Made by a program: the position numbers and the translations under genes. 64,000 bases of DNA from Lingula anatina (taxonomy: Eukaryota; Animalia; Brachiopoda), in assembly GCA_051362555.1 (NCBI GenBank), contig CM120641.1, forward strand, positions 23,628,401 through 23,692,400. The letters run 5' to 3'. Every line of letters begins with the position of its first letter. Within the stretch, counting starts at the first letter, position 1. The notes beneath the pieces were generated by a model. The model made no database searches. It had not been told where the DNA came from and worked only from the letters and a program-made list of their open reading frames with translations. This document shows positions 14,601 to 59,615 of this stretch, piece by piece.

Positions 14601-16123
14601 ATCTTCCCCAAAGTATTGGTTCAGTAGGGGTGACACTTCTATTGTCCATTGTGTGTATAAGTACGCTTTATATGGAAGGAGCCCAATGAAACCTTCTATG
14701 GAAGGAGTCCAATGAAACCCTCGTTAACATTAGACTTACATGTGTTTACATGACAGTGCTAAACTTTTCATTGATTTCTTGTATCTAGGGATTGGTTGTG
14801 ATGTCAGCTGATTTGGAGGAAGTCTACCTGAGTATTGTAAAAGGCAAGATCCCAGGCATGTGGATGAAGAAATCTTATCCATCTCTCAAACCACTGGGAA
14901 GCTATGTCAATGATTTCTTGGCCAGACTCAAGTTTTTGCAGGTAAGATAAACTTTACAGCAACAGTCTTGTCTTTTTACACTTACAATCGGCTTAAGTTA
15001 ATCCCAGTGAACCAGAGAAGGAATTACTTTACCGTTCCACTTAAACAAAAGTCGATGAGCATTTGACAGTCATTCAATACTAATGCCCAACTTTAAATTA
15101 CTGGTGAAACACATACACTGTATGATTTGATACCCTCTAATCACTCTATCACCTGTATGGTATTCCAGGACTGGTATGACCAGGGGGCCCCAAATAACTT
15201 CTGGGTGTCAGGTTTCTACTTCACACAAGCCTTCTTGACTGGAGCTCAACAGAACTATGCCAGGAAGTACACTATTCCTATAGATTTACTGGGCTTTGAC
15301 TTTGAGGTCATGGAGGACAAACACCCTGATGAACCACCAGAGGACGGTGAGCTGATAATCAAGTTTTCAAATGACCATTCTTTCAAATTAAAGGAACACT
15401 CTTTGCCTTCAGTGTTTTTTTTTTTTTTTTGTTAAATGCAGATATTAATATTTTTTCAATCTGCGAGATATAAATCCAAAATTTCATATGCAGTGAACAA
15501 CAGCATTTTTTTCTTTTTCTAAGCAAAACCTCATGCTTGTTTTGACCCCTAAATTTATGAATTCTGTTCTTCTTCACCCTCCAGGTGTGTATGTATATGG
15601 GCTGTTCTTGGACAGTGCTAGGTGGGACAGAAAGACAAAGAAACTGGCAGAATCCTTGCCCAAGGTCCTGCATGATGCCATGCCGATTGTAAGTATCAAT
15701 TTCCAGTAGATTGTGTGATGAGAAACATATAGTGAGAGTTTATGTTGTGCCATATCTAGAAAGTGTAAGAAGTGGTGAAGAAAAGACGGAATTTCATCCT
15801 AACTGATACGTACACCCTATACATCAATAAAGTTATAAAGGGTATTAAATAAGAAAGTGAAAATAGGACGTGCATTTTGTAAAATTTGATCATTGCCCAT
15901 GTCAATTTTCTTCCAGATTTGGCTGAAGCCCATGAAGAGAAGTGAGGTTCCACAGCGTCCCTGCTACGAGTCTCCTATCTACAAGACCAGTGAGAGGAGA
16001 GGCACCCTGTCTACTACTGGTCACTCCACAAACTTTGTCATCTTCATGTCCCTGCCCTCTGACAAGCCACCCCAGCACTGGGTGATGAGGGGGGTGGCCA
16101 TGCTTTGTCAGCTGGACAACTAA
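1..16123 (+). CDS. DNAH7: Axonemal dynein heavy chain, DNAH7-like (5'-partial; AAA3, AAA4, stalk/MTBD, AAA5, AAA6, C-terminal domain)
   Basis: GT-AG exons joining in frame: <1-51, 265-390, 554-751, 994-1149, 1291-1459, 1631-1757, 1957-2173, 2335-2478, 2737-2909, 3182-3323, 3558-3671, 3855-3973, 4142-4322, 4509-4738, 4973-5162, 5362-5502, 5737-5940, 6154-6296, 6513-6879, 7175-7338, 7624-7777, 7994-8185, 8396-8941, 9293-9538, 9789-9881, 10004-10180, 10392-10553, 10695-10895, 11067-11228, 11659-11847, 12147-12284, 13828-14058, 14789-14941, 15169-15346, 15585-15688, 15917-16123 (TAA). Dynein motifs: [62 protein letters not shown]-terminal [19 protein letters not shown]...[11 protein letters not shown]. 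Family is certain; DNAH7 versus DNAH3/12 is from recognition of the sequence, not a search. Confidence 0.95.
60..125. repeat. (ATT/GTT)n microsatellite
   Basis: Direct reading. Confidence 0.9.
2609..2681. repeat. (AT)n + (ATT)n microsatellite
   Basis: Direct reading. Confidence 0.9.
6938..6992. repeat. (GT)n/(GTGC)n microsatellite
   Basis: Direct reading. Confidence 0.9.
12054..12138. repeat. ~40-bp imperfect tandem duplication just upstream of a dynein splice acceptor
   Basis: acacttgaacat..atgagttctcagcaatgtgtt(t)gtgtt occurs twice. Confidence 0.85.
12755..12760 (+). CDS. Candidate 6-nt alternative microexon (AAA AGG = Lys-Arg) of the dynein gene
   Basis: ctacag|AAAAGG|gtaagc; phase 0 like the flanking exons; no AG from ~12647 to 12752; T-tract, CTAAT branch-like motifs and pyrimidine tract upstream. 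Confidence 0.55.
13369..13583 (+). promoter_or_regulatory. Intronic cluster of (T)GCATG motifs (RBFOX-type splicing element)
   Basis: GCATG at 13369, 13373, 13404, 13415, 13452, 13547, 13556, 13579; four are TGCATG. Confidence 0.5.
14428..14655. mobile_element. MITE, Tc1/mariner-type (TA flanks), in a dynein intron
   Basis: ~29-bp TIRs CACACCATGGGCAATAGAAGTGTCACCCC / GGGGTGACACTTCTATTGTCCATTGTGTG (2 mismatches), TATA on both sides, no ORF. Confidence 0.75.
14671..14722. repeat. 26-bp tandem duplication
   Basis: tatggaaggagcccaatgaaaccttc / tatggaaggagtccaatgaaaccctc. Confidence 0.85.
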
Positions 16124-16757
16124 AACATATGTTAATTCTTTGGAACTATTGCTGCACATTGACAACCAGATGATGTGTTTGCTGTGGTTATTCACAGGAT
16201 TTAGCTCATACATACAGACTCAAATAAAAACAATATAAGTAATCATAGTGGATTGTTTGTATATTTGTGATTTGACTGCATTCATATCTATATTTATGTC
16301 AAGATTTATACTGTACAGTGACCTTGAGCAAATTGTGAGTATATTTTATTGTTTTGTTTCACATTTTGCTTGACACCACCAAATATTCACAAACATATCA
16401 GATGTTCTTGAAAAGTGATTTGCAATTTATAACTGATTCCACCCACAACAAAGTTGTCCATTGAATTTTTGCAGTGCCTTGATCTTAGCAAGCACACCAG
16501 TTATGATGGCCAAAAGAATGGAATACTGACTGTGATAGACTTGTACATAATTTGTATTATACAATATGAATGTTTTGAATAGTTTTAACTGTTTTTGTGG
16601 GTGAATATTCAACTAACCGCATTCCGTCCCAAGTAATAAATTGTAGCCAAAGTGTATACTGTTACTTTCTATTTTGGACATTATTTTGATTAATCTAGAT
16701 AATTGTATGTTTATTGCTTAAAGATTATGTATACATAGCGTGGTCTACTCATTTTAT

Positions 16758-16763
16758 AATAAA
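16758..16763 (+). terminator. Candidate polyadenylation signal for dynein (a more proximal AATAAA lies at 16223-16228)
   Basis: AATAAA downstream of the stop codon; which one is used cannot be determined from sequence. Confidence 0.45.
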
Positions 16764-17609
16764 GATTTTTATGAAAACATTTTATAGTGATTGCCATATT
16801 TTCAGTTTCATGTGAAAGAAATAGCTTGAGATGACACTGGGAAGCAAAATGGTTTATTTTAACAAATCTGCCTTCTAAGTTCTACTTCCTTTCTCTTATG
16901 TGGTAAATGTTTTTTAGAAGTGCAACATTTTAACTTTTTCTTTTCAATCACCTTTTCACTCATTTAAAGATGTTATGCTGAAGTTAGCCAGAGGAATTTT
17001 ATCTTTTCAAGCGGCCGGTCAAAAATTGGTGAGAAATTTAGCATGCAAGGTCACTGATAAAGATTGCTTCGAATCTAACCCACAAGGACGTAAAACTGAT
17101 TACAATATGCCATTTTACAGTAGTTAATACCTCAATTCAGGTGGTCTAAAAATTTGAAACACGCTTCCCGATTGCAATCAGGCGTTTTCTATTGTCAGTG
17201 GACACTTAAACCCAAATTTTAAATCCTTTGTATGCCAGCTTTTTACTTTTCATGAGTATGCTTACCTGGTTAGCAAGCATACTGGGGAATCTCATCTACC
17301 AGAACCCCCTCAGCCCCTCATTAGTGAGGACTTGGCAAGTTTATCATAATAATTAGAACTGCATCGAAAGCAAATATTTTAATACTGCTTCTCAGACTTA
17401 TATCAAATTTTTCTCTGGTGTAAATTTCGTAAAATCTGTTATAAACTTAATACTGACTGTTCAATACCCAATAATTAAGTGCAAAGTTTAAACAAAATTA
17501 TTTTAAAATAATTTCAAAGTAAGGCAGTTTGTATGATCAGGCTAATTTTCCTAGCTGTTTATTAAACCAAATCATAGTACACAGAATAATTGAAATAACT
17601 GACAAATAC

Positions 17610-17775
17610 CATAATATTTCTGTATCTTTTTTTATTTCTTCACTGAAATACACTCCTTTTTATCCTTTCAGAACTAAAATGTCAAACAGTCTGTAAAAAT
17701 ATTCACATTTATCTGTTTTTCACCAGCTGGTTCCATGATGGTTCTTAACTGTTTGTAAAAAGCCAAGACTTCTCG
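17610..17775 (-). other. RPS26: Probable terminal 3'-UTR exon of RPS26
   Basis: Minus-strand acceptor ttctttatatttcag|CGAGAAG at 17775; AATAAA at 17636-17631; matching donor CAG|gtaggt at 18198. 3' boundary approximate. Confidence 0.55.
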
Positions 17776-18201
17776 CTGAAATATAAAGAAAATTATCTTA
17801 AACAATAAAGAAACCACTATGACTGAACATAATACATACGGAAATTAACAATTTTATCACAAGTACCATGATATTAAAGCTCTCTACAGAAGTAACAGAT
17901 ATTCAAATAGAATGTAAGGGACCCACCACCAGTTTTTCACTTGTTATTATTTGTAGAAACTAGACATGTTCAAATGCCACCAATGTCATCTGTTTAGAAT
18001 AACTAGGGCACAGAAGTAAAAACTAACCATCTCTCCCACAGATAGCTGCAGGCATGATTTAATAAAGTATAGTAGGAAGAAATGAATCAGTGGCCTACAA
18101 CAAGAATGTCTGGGGCCGCATCAGCAGAAAACCACCAGGCATGAAAATCAAATTGTCGTTTATTTTGCTTATAAAACCATTTCTGTCCTATACCTACCTG
18201 A

Positions 18202-21200
18202 TCAAACTCTCATGCCAGGCCTGAACCTTGGTGGAGGTGTTCTGTCTTTCCTAGCCTCCCTGGATCTGTTCCTCACTACCTTAGAGTGAATAGCACAGCT
18301 AACACAGTAGTGAAGCTTGGCGTACAGCTTAGGCAGGGGATACACTGAAATGTAGGAAATCATTGACTATAATAGAAGATTATTAGAAAATGGTGGGGTT
18401 GAAATAAACTCTTTTCTTAAATATGATTTTAAGCTGTAAGAAGAAAGTGGAAAAATTGCTTGGTGGCCTTACAGCTGGGGTTGTTAAAGGTCTGAAAACT
18501 ACCAAGGGGAAAATGTTAATATTTAAATTGGTAAAATTTTATGCTTGTTTTCTATACAACGTGGTGAAATTAAGTTCCTACCCAGAATAAGTAAAAACAT
18601 TATGGACATCAGTTTTATGTACTCAGTATTGCAAAATGCCCCTTTCCTTTCACCTCCATTATGTATTAACCTTGATCTGACAGACCAAGGGTCATCAATT
18701 TTATTGTCATTTTCATAAATCTACAAACTGTATGCTTGGGCGGAGGAGGGGTTAATGCCTTTTGTACTCTTTTTGATAAAATAATAAAAATGATGATCTT
18801 CACCCCTAGTGATATGCAGATGTCAAGGTAAATATGAGTAAAACGTTTTGTCTGATTAGGGTGTCCATTTGGAATGATGTTAATTAATGGGTGTCCCTAA
18901 ATTGCATAATACACCGCAATATACACTTGAAAAAACGAGTCCAATTGCATGTTAAAATGGGAAATGGTCACTCCAAACAAAATAGGGTGATAGAAAAGCA
19001 AAACATATTACTAAGTAATGCTGTTTATGGGGCATTCCGTGGTATTCGTTTTGCATTACGGACGGAATTTTGACACTTTAAAAATAAATTCTACAAAAAC
19101 TATAATACATACATTGTTCAAATTTGGCAGGAATATTGATTAGTGCAAGCCTAAACTTGTGACCAAAAAACTTGAAATAACAATTATTAGTTTTTGAGAA
19201 ATATTGGTTATTGATCACCATTACGGACGGAAAGAAATGGACAAGCATTTTTATTAATCAACTTCAACTTCAAAACTCTGCTCTGTTTGTGGCTTTTTAA
19301 AGATAAAACTGCACTGACATGACAATTTCATTATTCTAGTTACTAGAAATGTAAAAGGTTATTGAAAAAAAAATTTTTTTGTTATGAAATTTTGAAGTTT
19401 AAAAAATCATGTCAGATTACGGACGGAAAATTACGGACGGAAAATTTGTCCACAGTGCAAAACTTACACAGAAGCCATTAAAAAAGTACAATTAATCATT
19501 TATTCATGGTTAAAGTTAACTATTTACTAAATACATACATAACAGAAAGTTATTTTTGATGTCAACTCAAATATTTTTGTGAGCTATTTCAAATTACAAA
19601 AATCAACTACAGTGTACACTTTCAGGAATAAGAGATTCCTTGCGTTCTGATATACGTAGTCATTGTTTAAAATGCTGTGTTGAATGCTCATTCAGAATAG
19701 CTATTAAAAGTCTTTTTTTTTTTCATGCTAAAGTTTAAACAATTTGTTTTTATTCTGACACATTAAGATCAACAGAGAATTTGTATCTCTGGCGTTGGTC
19801 CATCACAGGGAATGGTAAAAGTTTGATAATTTGGTCATTGGAAATCCACGCTGTCTTCTTGAGAAGGAAAGGCAAATAGTGTTTTTGACTTGTCCTTTGC
19901 TCATCTTTACTGTTAATCTCTGAACCAGGACATAGGATTTAAGTGTTATGTTGCCAAAACAAAAGCCTGGCCTCTAGTCATCTTTGATTACTCGCGGTCA
20001 GTAATTATCTTAACTGCTCATCTCCCAGATGCATGCAACATGTATATGACAGGTAAGTGATCAGAAGCACATTTTATCTTCAAATTGCAATCAAAGTACT
20101 AGTAACTGAAAATATCCAGGAGAAGCCATGATCATAAGTGATCCTTAAGGTGCAATTCAAATGCCACATGAAACCACTCAGTAGAAATGTTATAGCCAGG
20201 TAGCAATGCCTTTCCGTCCGTAATGCTAATTTTCCATCCGTAATGATTTTTTATTATGAAATTAATTTGTCATCAAACATGTTTAAAACATTTTTTTTGG
20301 ATATTTGGTAAACATAGGACTAGTGTGAGGAGAATATGAAAGGAAAATTTTTTTTGCCAAGTAGTCTTTAAAAAAACTTAAAAAAAAGAGCCCAAATCAT
20401 TACGGACGGAAAAAACGACTTTGGATTAATGATTAATTAACTATTTTTTAAAAATTTCACTTGATTTTTTATGTGTTTACCTCAAGGAATTGCTGTAATT
20501 TATGTCTCAATTGAAAGATATTGATTAAAATTTATTTTGAGTGTTATATGCAAAAAATAAAAAATTCCGTCCGTAATGCTAATTTTCACATTTTTCAAGT
20601 TTAACGCGCTATAAAATCATGAATTCAAAAAATACAGGTAAATCTTTTACAAATTCTTATCCCCTGAAGTCTCTTCTTTCAGAAAATGCAACTTTTGATT
20701 GATTTTTGTACATTTGAAAATTTTATGCCCAGGACACAAATACCACGGAATGGCCCTTATACAACTTAACTAGTCACCACGATTTGTTTGTCAGTCGGTC
20801 AACAGCCATGTTAGCGAGTAGTTCTTCTTGGCCAGTATTATTGCCATCGTTAATTAAGTGTCTTTGATCTTGTTTCACATCTCAATTACCTTCATATACA
20901 CTGGCATCAGTAATATCACGGACAGCTGCTGCCTCCACTATGTTTCTAATCACAAACTTCTTGATGGCCTTGTCTTTGGGCACACAGCGGGCACAGTTGG
21001 TGCAGCGAACAGGGTTGGTGTGGCCCCTGCCTTTCTTGCTGCGTCCGTTATTACGCCTTTTTTTGGTCTGGAAAATAAGAACTCTTGAGGTTATTCTACA
21101 GAGAAAGCTGGATATTGAAGTTTTTTCTTCCTGGGGTATCTAAGGTTTGACTAAACTGACCCTTAATTTAGTCAATACCATATTAACCAGTATTGTTTTG

Positions 21201-21590
21201 CCATTCAAGTCTCAATAATAGGAGACATTTTCACAATTTGAACAGTACACATAAATAAATGTAGAAAAAATTGAATCTCATAACTAGTGAAAATCTCACC
21301 AAGCACCTATGTGACACCGTAAACCCATGCATAACGATATACTTGGCAACTAGATTGTGACTGAATTATTACTATGGCGTACAACTACTTCTAATACTAG
21401 TCTAAACACATGGTCGTAGATAATGTCTCAAATAATAACATAATGAAGTAAATTTAGTTTTCAGATATAAAAATTTAAGTCTTCCAATAACTTCATAAGT
21501 CAATGTAAATATAGCATTTAATTTTATTAAATGGTTTAATACCCTAAATTGTTCATTTTATTGGATATGCATAACTTTCCTACCCACCAT
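18202..21590 (-). CDS. RPS26: 40S ribosomal protein S26 (eS26), 107 aa
   Basis: Exons 21590-21588 (ATG only, then gtgggt), 21067-20890, 18344-18202: [107 protein letters not shown]. Not in the ORF track because of splicing. Confidence 0.97.
18669..18829. repeat. Degenerate inverted repeat (old MITE-like) in RPS26 intron 2
   Basis: accttgatctg..gggtcatca.ttttatt on the left pairs, with gaps, with aataaaaatgatga..cccct..cagatgtcaaggt on the right. Confidence 0.4.
19028..20757 (-). mobile_element. Decayed non-autonomous DNA transposon (probably pogo/Tc1-mariner superfamily) in RPS26 intron 2
   Basis: TIRs TGGGGCATTCCGTGGTATT / AATACCACGGAATGGCCCT with TA on both sides; 8 copies of ATTACGGACGGAA (forward 19054, 19220, 19416, 19430, 20399; reverse 20212, 20232 variant, 20565); frameshifted minus-strand peptide [42 protein letters not shown] at ~19880-19750. 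Confidence 0.8.
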
Positions 21591-21604
21591 GTTGAATGCA
21601 GACC

Positions 21605-21615
21605 GGAAGAGAAAG
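21605..21615 (-). promoter_or_regulatory. TCT initiator / 5'TOP pyrimidine tract of RPS26, overlapping an ETS-like CCGGAAG
   Basis: Minus strand CTTTCTCTTCC ending 14 nt before the ATG; typical of metazoan ribosomal protein genes. Confidence 0.8.
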
Positions 21616-22593
21616 CCATGTGTTTCGTGCGGGAAGCCCCATACTTTTTGAAGGTTCTCTAAAGCAATCGCAGGGCACGGGTAGGCTATCTTATCTGGTT
21701 TCTCTGTAGCAATCGTTTTATTGTTCCTTTTCAATCCTTTCTCTTACTAGCGATAGGCTCTACATTTAATTTTAGGTCTACTACAGTTCTGCTAGCAGAA
21801 AGCACATTGTCGGTTTTAACTGTAAACGTCGTCTGCGGTCAGTGTTTTTCCTTTTTTGACTGTTCAGACTCGGACTAGAGCACAAAAGAGAGGAGAAGGG
21901 GGGTCCCAACGAACACGAAATTTTACCTTTGAACTGATTTTTTAAAGGTTTAGAGGGAAAGGTTACGATTTTTAGGTGAATAAGTAGAAGAAGAGTAGAG
22001 AATTAATAAATAAATGATAGTTGTTATAGTAAACGTAAGCCTAAATCTAGTTCCATGATCTAAAGGTTGGAGCAGGGTGAGATAGGACTGTTCAGAGCGA
22101 CAAGTAGGCCTATCAAAATGCAAATTATGAATATCCAGTTGTGATGTTCGAAAGGAAAAAAATATTAAATCCCATACTGGACACTCACGTAGATCTGCTA
22201 GATGTTATGCAGAGACTCGGATATTTCGTCTTATATCACGAGTAGCCTACATCTTCAGGGAACTGTCATTACAGGTGACTATGCTGGTGGTATTGGAGCG
22301 AAAAGTAGGTAAACGGGCATTTGTCATTTTCCTTCATGCCATGTTTCATGTAAAGGCAATCGATGCGAAATCTTGCTCTATAATCATAAAAAAAAGATAC
22401 TTTGATACTTTGTTGTTTGGCCGTTATAGTTCCGTATCAATTGGCAAATTATGACTTACGACAAAATAGGACTCGCAACAGAGATTTAAAACATTGTTAG
22501 AAATGAAATAAAATAAAAAAACGAAAGCATAAATAAAACAGTTAAAATGATAAAAATAATAGTTAGGGCCTACATCATTCACATTAAATTCAA

Positions 22594-22594
<1 letters not shown>

Positions 22595-22631
<37 letters not shown>
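22595..22631. repeat. (AAT)n microsatellite
   Basis: Direct reading. Confidence 0.9.
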
Positions 22632-22632
<1 letters not shown>

Positions 22633-22688
22633 TTGAGCAAAAGAAAAACACCTACATGTAATATGGTCATCTATTAGTCAGACAATAT

Positions 22689-22943
22689 CAGTGGCAGATT
22701 TGGGGGGTGTCAGGGGGGTCCTGACCCTCCCTTCGATTTTTGAAAAAAAAATTACACCAATGGTCCCCTCTTGAAATTAGAATTTTGAATAGCTGAATCA
22801 TAGTTCTAAACCGTATCAAATGGCACCGTTTGCCCTCTAAAATACCTAAAATTTTCGGGGTCCTTCACCGGGCCCCGAACCCCACGCCAAGGGGGGGAGG
22901 GGGGGGGGGGGGTCGGCTTCAAATTATCCTGGATCCGCACCTG
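22689..22943. mobile_element. hAT-like MITE with G-rich interior
   Basis: Ends CAGTGGCAGATTT / GGATCCGCACCTG resemble CAGTGGCGGATCC-type TIRs; G/C runs inside; 8-bp TSD not clearly preserved. Confidence 0.55.
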
Positions 22944-22948
22944 AAATC

Positions 22949-23563
22949 TGACGTGTTTCATTTGAAAACGCACTAAAATAAACTTCTTCCTTCTTTTCGA
23001 GCGAACATGTTGAAACGATCATGTCATAAAAGTCTTTATAAAAAGATTTTATTGAAATGACATTTACCCAACAAACCAATCTGGGGCATTTTGTTGTTCT
23101 GGTTTATGGTATAAGATATCAGTGAATATAAATGTGTCTATTCACCATTTTTTGGAGGGGAGGGGTAGAACAAAAGAAAACATCAACATGTAATAGGCCA
23201 TCTTATTTTTTGGACAATGCGTGACGTGTTTCATTTGAAAACGCATTTTAAAAAATTAACTTCCTTGTGTAGGCCTACTCTTCTTTACGTATTTTTCTAT
23301 ATCAGGGTCTCGACATTCTCAAGGCTGCCCACACAATTTGAGATTTCGCATAATATCTGCAGACGTTACGGATTTGGAAATGTACAGCACCTCTGAAAAA
23401 AAGATGGTTTTACATTTCACAGAAGAACCAATGGGGGCAATTTAAATATATTGAGACACCCCCATTTCTTCCCAAACATCTTTTCCCGGTGAACGTGCCG
23501 AAAAGACCACGTCATTAGTCTTTAGAATGGCTTTTTATTGAAATGACATTTACCCAACAAACC
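22949..23563. repeat. Local duplication of a ~130-bp unit; second copy interrupted by ~215 bp
   Basis: tgacgtgtttcatttgaaaacgca at 22949 and 23222; ttttattgaaatgacatttacccaacaaacc ending ~23078 and ~23563. Confidence 0.8.
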
Positions 23564-24352
23564 TGACAAATCAGATTATAGATGGTTAAGGAAAGAAGTG
23601 GAATGAAAATGCTCTTCGGTTCTTTTTGCGTTGTGTGTTGCACCTCTCTGTATCGGAATGCATTGAGATATTGACTGTTATGTGAGAGAGTCGCCTTAAC
23701 CGAACCTTTTCGCTCAACGGGCTAATTAATTAACTCAACAGCAAGTGGAGAACTTGTGCAAGGGAGCAGTCATAGCCTCCCCCCCCCCCCCCCCCCCCAC
23801 ACACACACTCACACACAAAGTATCTTAATTCTGGTAATTAAATTCTTGGACCTTTCAAAGTGGAACAGTACAGACTATACCGCTTAAGTATAGGCCTACT
23901 CCACGATTATAAAAAGACCGTGCATAGGGCATTATTATAGTTATAATTTTAATATTGAAGGCTTTGTGCAGTTTGTGATTTGTCCTCGGTCATCCTCTTT
24001 GCCTGCAACATAACGTTAAATTTGGTTTATATCGTTCATGTACCCGAATTTCTTTCGTTCTTATTAGTTCTTTATTTCTGTCTGTGATTATAGTTTTGTT
24101 GGGAGGGGCGTAATCAAGTACGTGACAAGCTGCAGAACATTTGAACGTCGATATTGTGTAATTTGTCCTTTGCGATACGTGGTTCCTCTTGTGCGGCTAA
24201 CGCACCTCCTCCTACCTGGCGCCCTCTATGTCCTGGTCCTGAACACGCCAAGCAGATCAAATTAACTACAGAAGTTGGAAGGAGTGTACGAACTTTTAAT
24301 GAATCCGTAGAAGTTGTATATAGTTAAGATCGCCCAAACTTTGTGGCTTAGA

Positions 24353-59615
<35,263 letters not shown>

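Noticed and set aside
14428-14655. CACAATG/CACCATG near the termini suggesting Transib/RSS-like ends
   Set aside because: Inverted symmetry extends outward to TATA and there is no 5-bp direct TSD.
548-16213. Minus-strand ORFs over the dynein gene (e.g. 1287-1748, 6483-6806, 8434-8697)
   Set aside because: Antisense shadows of real exons; no independent motifs.
17945-18155. Possible snoRNA or SECIS in RPS26 intron 3 (CTGA, ACA, short stems; TGA stop nearby)
   Set aside because: No canonical box C (RTGATGA), no H box, and no SECIS core could be assembled.
19054-20577. ATTACGGACGGAA repeats as a CRISPR-like array
   Set aside because: 13 bp, irregular spacing, both orientations, inside TIRs of a eukaryotic transposon.
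20858-21143. Plus-strand ORFs 20858-21088 and 20940-21143
   Set aside because: Antisense to RPS26 exon 2.
22281-22308. MLVVLERKV with phase-1 donor gtaaac as an EGFR first exon
   Set aside because: Too short and charged for a signal peptide.
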